A DNA stretch of 64,000 nt from the IMG/VR virus record IMGVR_UViG_3300042275_000805. One strand, written 5' to 3'. The notes under the pieces were generated by a model. That model saw only the letters and a list, made by a program, of their open reading frames with translations. It made no database searches and had not been told where the DNA came from. Positions within the stretch are counted from its first letter, which is position 1. Each line of letters begins with the position of its first letter. Origin of the DNA: an uncultured virus (IMG/VR IMGVR_UViG_3300042275_000805). Taxonomy: Duplodnaviria > Heunggongvirae > Uroviricota > Caudoviricetes. The position numbers and the translations under genes were made by a program. This document shows positions 28,437 to 37,438 of the stretch, in pieces.

Positions 28437-30063
28437 ATGTGTGATATGGGCTCGCGTCTCATCGCGCGAACAACGTGAAGGCTATTCCATCGATGCCCAA
28501 CTGCGGATCACCCGCGAACGGGCGCAACGCGAAGGCTGGGAAATCGTCCGTGAATTTGTCGTGGCAGAATCAGCCAAGCGCGGTGCTGAACGTGTTACGT
28601 TCAACCACATGGTCCGATGGGTGCTTGCCAACGCCAAGCGACACAACATCGACTATATCCTGGCCCACAAACTCGACCGCATCTGCCGCAACATGAAAGA
28701 CGCGGTGCGCATGCAGGAGATCGAAGACAAGCATGGCATCAAACTCGCCTTCGTCGACAACCAATTCGGGACCGGGGCAGCAGGTGCGTTGTCCTTCAAC
28801 ATCATGGCAGCGGTCGCCCAGTACTATTCGGACAACCTGCGACAGGAGGTGCTCAAGGGGATCGAAGAGCGCGTGCGGCAGGGCTGGACGTCCGGGCTTG
28901 CGGCCTACGGGTACATGAATGTGCCCACGGATAAGGAAAGGCCGATCCACCCGCATCCTGAGAAATGCAAGGCCGTTCGCCGCATCTTTGAACTCTATGC
29001 CACCGGGACGATGACGTTTGAGCAGGTTGCCGATGTGCTAAACCGGGAGGGATTCGTTTACCGACCAAGCGTGCCACGGTTCAGCCGAACAGCGATTTCC
29101 TACATCCTCAATAACCCGTACTACACCGGGCTGGTCAGGCTCCGCGATGAATTGTTTGTCGGCAAACACGAACCGATCATCGACCAGGATACCTTCGACC
29201 AATGCCAGGCACTGCTCAAACGCAAGAACCGCCGCAGCAACAAGGTCAATCACTACCTGGCTTCGGGCATGTTCATCTGTGCCCACTGCGGGTATGGCAT
29301 CACGTCCGAACGCATCCGCCGAAAAAACAAGAATGGCAAGGTACGCGAGTACGTTTACTACCGCTGTGGCAACGTGTATCCCGACACAGACCATCCCAAG
29401 CTCCGCTGGCGACAGGAAGACCTGGAGGAGGCCATCCTCACCGACCTGCGTTCGATCCGCATTCAGGACGACAAGGAACGGCAGTGGTTCCGCGACAGCA
29501 TCATTGCCGCGTTTCAGGACGATACGCTTCTTCGGGCAGAACGGGCCAAGTCGCTCAAGCGTCGTGTGTCCGATCTTGAGAAGATGCAGCAGCGCCTTTT
29601 GGACGCCTATTTGGCGGGTGGGCTCGACCAGAAAACGTTCACCACCAAGACCAGCCAGTTCAAAGACCAGATTGCCCAGGCCCGGATGGATATCCAGACC
29701 AGCAAGGCTGCGCCACTGACTGGATTTGAACAGGTCTTGGAGGTCTTTGATTTGGCTCAGGAAGCGGCAAAACGGTGGGAAACCGGCGATCACGCGGCCC
29801 GTCGTGATCTCTTGGACGCGATACTATTGAACCGATCATTGAGTGCCACAAGTCTAGTGACGACAAAAAGAAAGCCCTTCGACCTGTTGGCCGAAGGGCT
29901 TGTCTTGAAGAAAAGTCGCCACTCCCTTTCCGGGTTTGAACGCATACCGCTTGAGTTTTTGTACTGGTTCTTGGAGACATCATTACAACACGATGCCATT
30001 GAGGAACTTATGGAAAACTGGAAGAGCGGAGCGTTTTTCATAGGATCAGGTGATGACGATTAA
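28426..30063 (+). CDS. Large serine recombinase (integrase)
   Basis: WARVSS catalytic Ser, ESAK, KLDRICRN, recombinase domain ILNNPYYTG...HEPII, CAHCG...YYRC zinc ribbon, coiled coil. Confidence 0.93.
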   Translation: MSNKCVIWARVSSREQREGYSIDAQLRITRERAQREGWEIVREFVVAESAKRGAERVTFNHMVRWVLANAKRHNIDYILAHKLDRICRNMKDAVRMQEIEDKHGIKLAFVDNQFGTGAAGALSFNIMAAVAQYYSDNLRQEVLKGIEERVRQGWTSGLAAYGYMNVPTDKERPIHPHPEKCKAVRRIFELYATGTMTFEQVADVLNREGFVYRPSVPRFSRTAISYILNNPYYTGLVRLRDELFVGKHEPIIDQDTFDQCQALLKRKNRRSNKVNHYLASGMFICAHCGYGITSERIRRKNKNGKVREYVYYRCGNVYPDTDHPKLRWRQEDLEEAILTDLRSIRIQDDKERQWFRDSIIAAFQDDTLLRAERAKSLKRRVSDLEKMQQRLLDAYLAGGLDQKTFTTKTSQFKDQIAQARMDIQTSKAAPLTGFEQVLEVFDLAQEAAKRWETGDHAARRDLLDAILLNRSLSATSLVTTKRKPFDLLAEGLVLKKSRHSLSGFERIPLEFLYWFLETSLQHDAIEELMENWKSGAFFIGSGDDD

Positions 30064-30198
30064 TAACGGTTGTTTGGTACGATTAGATGCCGATTGGTGG
30101 CGTTTGTTTGGGGCGGTTTTACACAGCCAGTTGTCCAATGAACACTCAATATGCACGTTGAAAATCAGTTGGTGGCTGCTACTACAGATGAGGTTTGT

Positions 30199-30284
30199 CG
30201 CAGGGACACGATCATTTCATGCAGGGACATTTGTGGATAAGTCCCTGCAAAGTCCCCGCACGATGTCCCTGCATTGTCCCTGTG
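30199..30284. repeat. Six-copy GTCCCTGCA-like array (2 inverted + 4 direct)
   Basis: GCAGGGAC at ~30200 and ~30221; GTCCCTGCA, GTCCCCGCA, GTCCCTGCA and GTCCCTGTG at 30241-30284. Confidence 0.75.
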
Positions 30285-30374
30285 CAATATACTCGATTCA
30301 ATGAATTGGGGGGGGCAGTGAGGGCAGACATCAATGGTCGCATGCTTGCGTGCCAATGAGGGGAATTGGCCAAA

Positions 30375-30880
30375 CTTCCGTCAATGCCTGCCGGAAGGTC
30401 GAAGCCACCGTCGTCGACCAACTGCGGGTCCTGTTACGACACCATGACGTGATCGCCCGAACCTATAACCAGATCCGCAAGGCCAGCGAGTCTGGCCCAG
30501 ACGCCGCGACGTTGGCCCGTCTGGAAGAACTGGGCAGGCACCGCAAATAAACCGAACATGCCAGCCAGTCCGTCTTAAATACCGAGTACCAAGACGGCGA
30601 CTTCATTACCGATGAACTCAAATACCTCAATAGCCAGTTCAAACTCTTGAACACCGAGATTCCAGATTTGAATGAGAAGTCATCGATCAAATCCGTCGAA
30701 TTAAACCAAGCCACAGAAGTTCCGCGTGCCATCAATCCGGTATAGATGTTCCTGGTTTTCGAGGAGCAGCACCGGATTATTCAACTGCTGCTCGAAGACA
30801 CCGTCGTCACCGCCAGTGGCATGAAGATCACACGCGACAATGGCAGCATCGTCGTTGACATCCCCATCCGGTTCTTAGCT
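30375..30880 (+). pseudogene. Relic of a second serine recombinase C-terminus
   Basis: Single frame reading VEATVVDQLRVLLRHHDVIARTY...EEQHRIIQLLLEDTVV, broken by TAA (30548) and TAG (30743); no catalytic N-terminus. Confidence 0.6.
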
Positions 30881-31166
30881 ATAGCGAAGTTCAATTGTTG
30901 CTTTTCACCATATGGTGTGTCAAGTCAGTTATTCGTCTTGGAATAGTTGTGCGTCTCAGATAAACTAATGTATATCTTGCCGGGGGGGTGTTCTCCAGCA
31001 AAATGACCGCGCACCGGTCTGTTTCTCACGAAAAATTAATGCTTTACTAGATTAGCCTAATCAACTGTTAGCGGCACAGAGGCCGTGATATCACCAGTTG
31101 GTGCGTGAGTTACCAAGCGACAGAACATGGTCTGTGCAAACAGTAGCAACTTAAACGAGGAGAAGC

Positions 31167-32117
31167 ATGGCAGTGAAGGTTTCGACCAACAACCATCAAG
31201 CCGACCGCTGGAAAATGCGTGGTGGTCCAGCAGGGTTTCACCTATTCAATCGTACCACCGGTCTGAACGTCCTCCTCGACGAAGTGGCCGTGCCACCCTC
31301 GCTTCACGCTCGAGTACCTCGGCAGGTTTCCATCGCTCTCACCAACCGCTGCGATCTTGCGTGTGCTCACTGCTATGCACCGAAGTCCCGAGCCGAACTT
31401 CGGTTTGATGACATCACACGATGGTTGGCCGAACTTGATTCGAATGGCACCCTCGGAGTTGGCTTTGGTGGTGGCGAGCCGACGCTTTACCCGGAGTTTG
31501 AGAGGCTCTGTCAACATATAGCACGCGAGACCCAGCTCTCCATGTCGTTTACAACCCACGGCCACCACATTGATGATGTTCTTGCGGAGAGTATTCGCGG
31601 CAGCGTCAACTTTGTCCGCGTAAGCATGGATGGCGTCGGTGCCACCTACGAATCTATTCGGCGTCGCTCCTTCGATGAGTTACTCGCTCGGTTTCAGCAC
31701 GTACGATCCATCTCCAACTTCGGTATCAATGTAGTGATCAATGAGCTTACATTGCCCAATCTAGATGACGTCGCCATTGTCGCATCGGATGTTGGCGCCT
31801 GTGAGTTGTTGCTGCTCCCACAGGTTCCGGTACGCGGGGTTCCAGCGATTTCCCAGGATACTTTGCAAGGCCTACGCCGTTGGGTTGACTCCTACAGGGG
31901 CTCACTGAAGCTCTGCATTAATGAGATGAGTGCCGAAGGCTTTCCGACGTGCGATCCATTGAGTCAGGAACACGGCTTACTCGCATATGCCCACATTGAC
32001 GCGATGGGTGTTCTCAAGCCCACTTCGTATTCGGACACCGGGGTGAAACTCGGTGATCGAGGAATGCTGCAGACGCTCGAGCAACTTACTCATGACCTTA
32101 AGGAGAATGAATCATGA
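31167..32117 (+). CDS. Radical SAM protein
   Basis: LTNRCDLACAHCY CxxxCxxC, FGGGEPT, FTTHG, RVSMDG; GAGGAG SD. Confidence 0.93.
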   Translation: MAVKVSTNNHQADRWKMRGGPAGFHLFNRTTGLNVLLDEVAVPPSLHARVPRQVSIALTNRCDLACAHCYAPKSRAELRFDDITRWLAELDSNGTLGVGFGGGEPTLYPEFERLCQHIARETQLSMSFTTHGHHIDDVLAESIRGSVNFVRVSMDGVGATYESIRRRSFDELLARFQHVRSISNFGINVVINELTLPNLDDVAIVASDVGACELLLLPQVPVRGVPAISQDTLQGLRRWVDSYRGSLKLCINEMSAEGFPTCDPLSQEHGLLAYAHIDAMGVLKPTSYSDTGVKLGDRGMLQTLEQLTHDLKENES

Positions 32118-32518
32118 AGATTTGGTACCAGCACAGCTCCGAGCACTCCGCGAATCTCGTGATGATCGGGCATTTCGAGGACGCAGCCAAGGCGAAGAAA
32201 GCCGAAATGATTATCGATACGCTAACGAAACACGTCTGTAAGGAGGAATTAGATGGCAACCTGATCGTGGGGCAGCCGTCGGAGCGGTACGGCAGCGAGA
32301 TGCTCGATTTTCTTTTGAAGCTTAACGTCTCATCAATCGGTCCACGTGAGTTAGAGCAGTTCCTCTACGACGTGAGAGTGGAGGTAAAGGAAAGCAAGAT
32401 CGTCGTTACGACCGATGAGATCGAAATCTCTGCCTTCCTCAAAGTCATGCTAGATCATGGAGCACGCATTGAGGTCTACTCAGCACACAACCATCCCAAC
32501 AGCGAGTACGGAAGGTGA
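32114..32518 (+). CDS. Conserved hypothetical protein (DUF6375-like)
   Basis: MKIW...SEHSANLVMIGHF N-terminus and GARIEVYSAH C-terminus, recalled as DUF6375; ATGA overlap with the rSAM gene. Confidence 0.65.
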   Translation: MKIWYQHSSEHSANLVMIGHFEDAAKAKKAEMIIDTLTKHVCKEELDGNLIVGQPSERYGSEMLDFLLKLNVSSIGPRELEQFLYDVRVEVKESKIVVTTDEIEISAFLKVMLDHGARIEVYSAHNHPNSEYGR

Positions 32519-32540
32519 TGCCGATGAGAATGGAGCCGCA

Positions 32541-35500
32541 ATGCCAGCGCTGAATTGGGACATCTTCACCAACCTACCAGGAAGCGCGGAAAAGAACTTC
32601 GAGTTGCTCTGCCGAGGAATCGTACGCCAGAACTTTGGCAGCTACGGTACCTTCCGCGCTCTCGCGAACCAGCCGGGCGTCGAGTTCCATCTCATACTCG
32701 ACAAGCACTGCAATACACTCGGTGATCCGGAACGTTGGTGGGGCTGGCAGTGTAAGTGGTACAACCTCGCAGCGAACCGCAAGCTGGGTTCGACCAGGCG
32801 AAATAAAATCGAGGATGGACTCCGAAAGACGGAACAGCACTTACCTGACCTCACGGATTGGGTACTCTGGACACGCCGCACGCTAACCAAGGACGACCAA
32901 GACTGGTTCAACGGCCTTTCCTCCAAAATGACACTCCATCTATGGACAGGTGACGAGGTCGACAACCTTCTCACGGGGCAAGCTACCGTCCTTCGTGGCA
33001 CTTTCTTTGGCGAGTTGGTACTCACGCCCGACATGCTGCGTGAGTTTCATGAACAGGCTGTCGCTCCGATTCAAGCGCGATGGCAGCCAAACGTGCATCA
33101 TGTTGGTGAAGCCGAGCGTGATTTGCGTCGTATGCTTGGAGAAGTAGAAGTATGGAAGGTGCTTAGCGAACTGGCAATAGAATTGCGTGCGATCGCCAGT
33201 GCGGTCGATTCGTCGCCAGCCGTGCCTGCTCTACTTGAACCGCTCGTGATAGGAGTCGTCGACACGGCCCTGCAATCGGCAGTCACCCTCGACAGGATCG
33301 CGGCAAGCATCGGCGTCGGTGACCTGGACCTTCTTCGCGATGAGTTCACCGCCTATTCACGTACGCTACCTTCTGAGGTGAAGACTGCCCCTCGAAGACT
33401 CAGGGCACGCAGGCAGCGCGCGGGGCTTTACGCGACAAACGCGGTGGCGGGTTGTCACGATGCGATACAGTTGATTGGCGAGGTTGAGGCGGGGTTTTCT
33501 TCGCGATTGGTCGCAGTCCTTGCGCCCGCAGGATGCGGAAAGACGCACCTTGCGGCGCAACTCACGGCAGGAACAACGGAGCGTCCCCACGGGGTGCTTT
33601 TGCACGGAAGGGACTTGCACGCGCGTCACACCCTCGACGACCTAGCTCGTCGTGTGTCGATCGCGGCGCAACCTGTGGCGAGCATGGAGGCGCTCCTTGC
33701 TGCAGTGAATGCTGCTGGCCAGCGTGCTCAGAAACGTCTTCCTATTTTCATCGACGGCCTGAATGAGTCGGAAGACCCTAGGACGTGGAAGCCGTTACTC
33801 GCTGCGCTAGAGACCACCCTCGCAAAGTATCCGTACGTGCTGCTGGTCTGCACGCTTCGCCCCGAATTTTCGGATGAAGCACTCCCCGAGGTTACTCGCC
33901 GCATGGAGATCAACGACTACGGTGAGGAGACTGACGAGGCAATTCGCAAGCATTTCCACTACTGGAAGATCAATGCCACCGACGCATCCTTCCCCAGCTT
34001 TCTAAGGCATCCTCTTACGCTACGCCTCTTCTGCGAAGTGACGAACCCGACCCGGCAGCAGGTCGTCGGCATGGGGGCGACGCCGGGATCTTTGAGCGAG
34101 CTTTTTGAGCGTTTCTTGAAACAGGTGGGAGAACGGATCGTTGAACTGGCTCCACGCACGCACAAGTTTAATGCGCAGGACGTAAACACGGCGATCACAG
34201 CCATTGCAAACAAGCTGTGGGAGTCAAAAGCCCGTCATATAGAGCTCAGTGAACTTCGAAATATGCTCGCAGATGCGCATCGTCCTTGGGACCAGAGTCT
34301 TGTGCGTGCTTTAGAGCATGAGGGCGTGTTGCTCCGCATGCCTTCGAACGGTACCCACACCTATGTGCCCGTATACGACCTGCTCGGTGGGCACATCATA
34401 GCCAACGCACTATTGGCAAAGCATGGTCAAGATAGCTTTGAGGCATGGATCAAGGATTCTTCCACAACAACATTGCTTGCTGGCAGCAGTGACGTTCGGC
34501 ACCCGCTTGCCGATGATATTCTCCACTCGTTGGTGGGGCAGGTCCCTCGTCGCTCCTACGCGAATCAGGTCTGGCAACTGGTGGACGAGCCGCTGCGTGG
34601 TCGTGCGCTGCGGATGTCGGCGTACCACGATCCAGCTTACCTTGATGTGGTGACGGTCGACGCGCTGCTAGATCTTGTTCGGGCTGGAGACTCAGAGATA
34701 CTATTCCGCTTTTGGCAAATACGTGGTACTCATGGCCATCCGCTGAACGCTGAGGGCTTGGATCGGGCACTGCGTGACATGACGGTTTCGGAACGCGACC
34801 TTTGTTGGACGGAATGGATTCGCAGGAACAAAGACGACTTGTTTTCGAACCGTCGAAACGTGATCGGCGATCTTGAGCGTTTAGAGCGGCGATGGCGAGA
34901 CGAGAATGTTCGCGGGGGTGAGGGTGAACAACTACGCGCTCGCTGGGTCATGTGGACACTCACGAGCACGATTCGTCGGCTTCGTGATCAAGCAACGCGC
35001 ACGCTCTACTGGTTCGGACGCGTCGATCCCGAAGGGTTTTTCACGCTGACCATCGATTCACTGCCAGTGAACGACGCCTACGTGAGCGAGCGGATGCTCG
35101 CGGCCGCATACGGCGTGGTGATGACCTATCAGCAAGTAGATGCTGGATTCGCAGATTCTCTGGGGCGGTTTCTCGAACAACTCGCGTCGGCGCTCGTGGG
35201 GCATTCGGCGACAGCGCCGACGCATCACTACCTCATGCGGCTCTATGTTCGCGGTATCGTCAACTTTGCCGCGAAGTTCTATCCGGCATCACTGCCTACC
35301 TCGCTGAAAGGTGCATGGATGTTCGCCGCACCTGCACCAGTGCTGCCCCTCCCCGACGGTGATATAGATGCTGACGAGGCTGGGCGAACACTGCATATGG
35401 ACTTTGAGAATTACACACTGGGAAGACTGATCGACGGTCGCAGAAATTACGACATGAACCATGCGGGGTATAAGGCTGCCGTGGCTCATGTGCGAGGCGT

Positions 35501-36668
35501 TGTGTGGGCGCTTGGATGGCGAAGCGAGATCTTCAGGACGTTGGACATAAGCATCTCAGAGGATGTTCATCGCAGAGGGCGTGGAGATCAACCGAACGTA
35601 GAACGTTATGGGAAGAAGTACGGCTGGATTGGGTTCTACACGTACGCTGGTCTACTCGAGGATCGGGGCCAGTTTCCTCGCGAAAACAACGAGTTCTCTG
35701 ATGTGGACATTGATCCATCGTTCCCTGAAAAGCCACCCGCAGATGGATCTGCGTCAGTTCCAGTGACTTGGCTGTCACCGACTGTGGAGAGTCATCAGAC
35801 TTGGATGCTGGAGAGCACCACGTCGGTACCACGCAACCTCCTTCGTCGAGAGCAGATCGGTGACAGTTGTGGCCCGTGGGTGGGCGTCCACGGCTTCGTT
35901 AAGACTGAGGACCGGGTTCTCGGGCGTGAAGCATGGGCATTCATCTCTGCATTTGTGACGTCAAAGGAGAGCGTTTCGCGACTAGTAGCCGCGTTGAACG
36001 CAGGTGAACAGCCATGGTTGGCTCGTGAAGTTCCGAGCGATTACTACATGTTCGCTGGCGAGATGCCGTGGCATCCAAACTTTGGTTCTCTGGCGCTCTC
36101 CGAGGAAGCATACAGTGAGAGCGTTGGGAGCGAAGCTGACGCTGTCGAGGTGGAGGTGGTCGCGCACGGCTACGCATGGGAGAGCTACCACAGCGAAATG
36201 AATCGCGCGGGAAGTACGATAGTACCGTCCCAGCCTTTTTCACATCGATTCGATCTCCGTAGCTCTGCGCAATCCTTCGACCAGTTCCTTGCGGACGGTA
36301 GCAAAGCTACGGTAACACTTAGCGGTGTCGATGGCCTCGAAGGACAGTTGCTCTATATCCGAGAAGATCTACTCAAGCAGTATGTAGATGACCGAGCAAT
36401 TATCTGGTATGCATTCGGCGAGAGGGAGTTGCGACCTTATCCACCATCACCACCACAATGGCTCGTGGACGCTCAGCAACAAGAGTTGAACTCTTGGCGC
36501 GAAGTACTCACTGAAGCAGACCTCTTGCAGAATGAGAAACCGTCTCGGAAGAAGAAAGAAGTCAAGCAGCAGCGAGCTAAAAAGAGCACGGCGAAAAAGC
36601 GATCTGCCAAGGTGGCTACGAAGCAAGTAACTACCAAGCGGGTGAAGCGAGCCAAGAGGAAGCCGTGA
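32541..36668 (+). CDS. Avs (AVAST)-like STAND NTPase with N-terminal Mrr/PD-(D/E)xK-type nuclease
   Basis: NFE...NQPGVE...GWQCKWY N-terminus like Avs4; Walker A APAGCGKT, Walker B IFIDGLNE; HPLNA, NDAYVSER, ERYGKKYGWI and DIDPS sensor-region motifs; GGAG SD; 1,375 aa. Confidence 0.8.
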   Translation: MPALNWDIFTNLPGSAEKNFELLCRGIVRQNFGSYGTFRALANQPGVEFHLILDKHCNTLGDPERWWGWQCKWYNLAANRKLGSTRRNKIEDGLRKTEQHLPDLTDWVLWTRRTLTKDDQDWFNGLSSKMTLHLWTGDEVDNLLTGQATVLRGTFFGELVLTPDMLREFHEQAVAPIQARWQPNVHHVGEAERDLRRMLGEVEVWKVLSELAIELRAIASAVDSSPAVPALLEPLVIGVVDTALQSAVTLDRIAASIGVGDLDLLRDEFTAYSRTLPSEVKTAPRRLRARRQRAGLYATNAVAGCHDAIQLIGEVEAGFSSRLVAVLAPAGCGKTHLAAQLTAGTTERPHGVLLHGRDLHARHTLDDLARRVSIAAQPVASMEALLAAVNAAGQRAQKRLPIFIDGLNESEDPRTWKPLLAALETTLAKYPYVLLVCTLRPEFSDEALPEVTRRMEINDYGEETDEAIRKHFHYWKINATDASFPSFLRHPLTLRLFCEVTNPTRQQVVGMGATPGSLSELFERFLKQVGERIVELAPRTHKFNAQDVNTAITAIANKLWESKARHIELSELRNMLADAHRPWDQSLVRALEHEGVLLRMPSNGTHTYVPVYDLLGGHIIANALLAKHGQDSFEAWIKDSSTTTLLAGSSDVRHPLADDILHSLVGQVPRRSYANQVWQLVDEPLRGRALRMSAYHDPAYLDVVTVDALLDLVRAGDSEILFRFWQIRGTHGHPLNAEGLDRALRDMTVSERDLCWTEWIRRNKDDLFSNRRNVIGDLERLERRWRDENVRGGEGEQLRARWVMWTLTSTIRRLRDQATRTLYWFGRVDPEGFFTLTIDSLPVNDAYVSERMLAAAYGVVMTYQQVDAGFADSLGRFLEQLASALVGHSATAPTHHYLMRLYVRGIVNFAAKFYPASLPTSLKGAWMFAAPAPVLPLPDGDIDADEAGRTLHMDFENYTLGRLIDGRRNYDMNHAGYKAAVAHVRGVVWALGWRSEIFRTLDISISEDVHRRGRGDQPNVERYGKKYGWIGFYTYAGLLEDRGQFPRENNEFSDVDIDPSFPEKPPADGSASVPVTWLSPTVESHQTWMLESTTSVPRNLLRREQIGDSCGPWVGVHGFVKTEDRVLGREAWAFISAFVTSKESVSRLVAALNAGEQPWLAREVPSDYYMFAGEMPWHPNFGSLALSEEAYSESVGSEADAVEVEVVAHGYAWESYHSEMNRAGSTIVPSQPFSHRFDLRSSAQSFDQFLADGSKATVTLSGVDGLEGQLLYIREDLLKQYVDDRAIIWYAFGERELRPYPPSPPQWLVDAQQQELNSWREVLTEADLLQNEKPSRKKKEVKQQRAKKSTAKKRSAKVATKQVTTKRVKRAKRKP

Positions 36669-36709
36669 CACTATAGCCGGAAGGCGGCTGTGATCTCATT
36701 GGCACTATT

Positions 36710-37198
36710 TTAAGCTTTCTTTTCTACAGCCGGCTCTGGACTTAGAAACAGTCCAGCTATACCCAGGCAGATAATGCTCCAGAATGCGATTTTCTGGCCG
36801 AACTTTCGTCGAACTGCTTTCTTGATTAGATTTTCAAATATCTGATTGATTTCCGCTTGGGTTTTGTTCTGTAGAACAACAGCCTGAATGTGCTTTAATT
36901 CGCTAGGCAATTGTTCGGGAGGCATATTCCAAAGGATTATGATGATTTCTTTTTCGTTGTGTTCAGCAACTGCGATTTCGCGGGTTACTGCTCTTGACTC
37001 ACACGCTTCTTTACTGGCCAAGAGCCAAAGAGCATCGCATTCTTTGAGTTCTTGGTGCAATCGGCATTGCCAGTCTTCTCCAGGATCAATGCTGTGCTCG
37101 TCTAGGAACACCGAAAGTTTTGCTTTTTCACAGTACTTCTTCAAACCTGTGGCTATTTGTGAATCATGATGGCTGTGGCTGATAAAAATGTCTGACAT
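36710..37198 (-). CDS. TIR-domain protein with C-terminal TM helix
   Basis: IFISHSHHD, VFLDEHSIDPGEDW, VTREI (catalytic Glu position); IAFWSIICLGIAGLFL. Confidence 0.85.
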   Translation of the reverse strand: MSDIFISHSHHDSQIATGLKKYCEKAKLSVFLDEHSIDPGEDWQCRLHQELKECDALWLLASKEACESRAVTREIAVAEHNEKEIIIILWNMPPEQLPSELKHIQAVVLQNKTQAEINQIFENLIKKAVRRKFGQKIAFWSIICLGIAGLFLSPEPAVEKKA

Positions 37199-37438
37199 GT
37201 GAGGTTTCCGGAAATTGCGAAGATAAACAGTGAGCATCAAATGAAGGTGCTCAATTTCAGTTGGATCGTAATGACTCCATGATACGGTTTTTAGCCATGC
37301 AGTTCACTTTGTTGTGAGGGCATTTGTTGGATGGCGACTGTAAATGATGTCTCACAGCTGTACGCGAGACTTAGAGTGAATTCTATCCCGGAAGATTCTT
37401 GATTAGGGGTAAGTAATTTGGTTTTATCACGTTTGTAG

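Larger units (their letters stand above)
1..30063. mobile_element. Prophage (siphovirus-like, lambda-type portal/terminase, serine integrase); left end lies outside the window
   Basis: Contiguous tail-head-packaging-replication gene order on the minus strand, ending in a large serine recombinase; att sites not identified. Confidence 0.93.

Noticed and set aside
29910..29960. GGGTTTGAAC resembling an antisense tRNA T-loop / att site in the integrase 3' end
   Set aside because: No cloverleaf and no second copy in the window; att cannot be assigned
30199..30284. CRISPR array (also considered for 20146-20303)
   Set aside because: Repeats only 9-13 nt, mixed orientation, no spacers or cas genes
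31167..32117. Prokaryotic viperin call
   Set aside because: I could not recognise viperin-specific motifs beyond the generic radical SAM core; needs an HMM test
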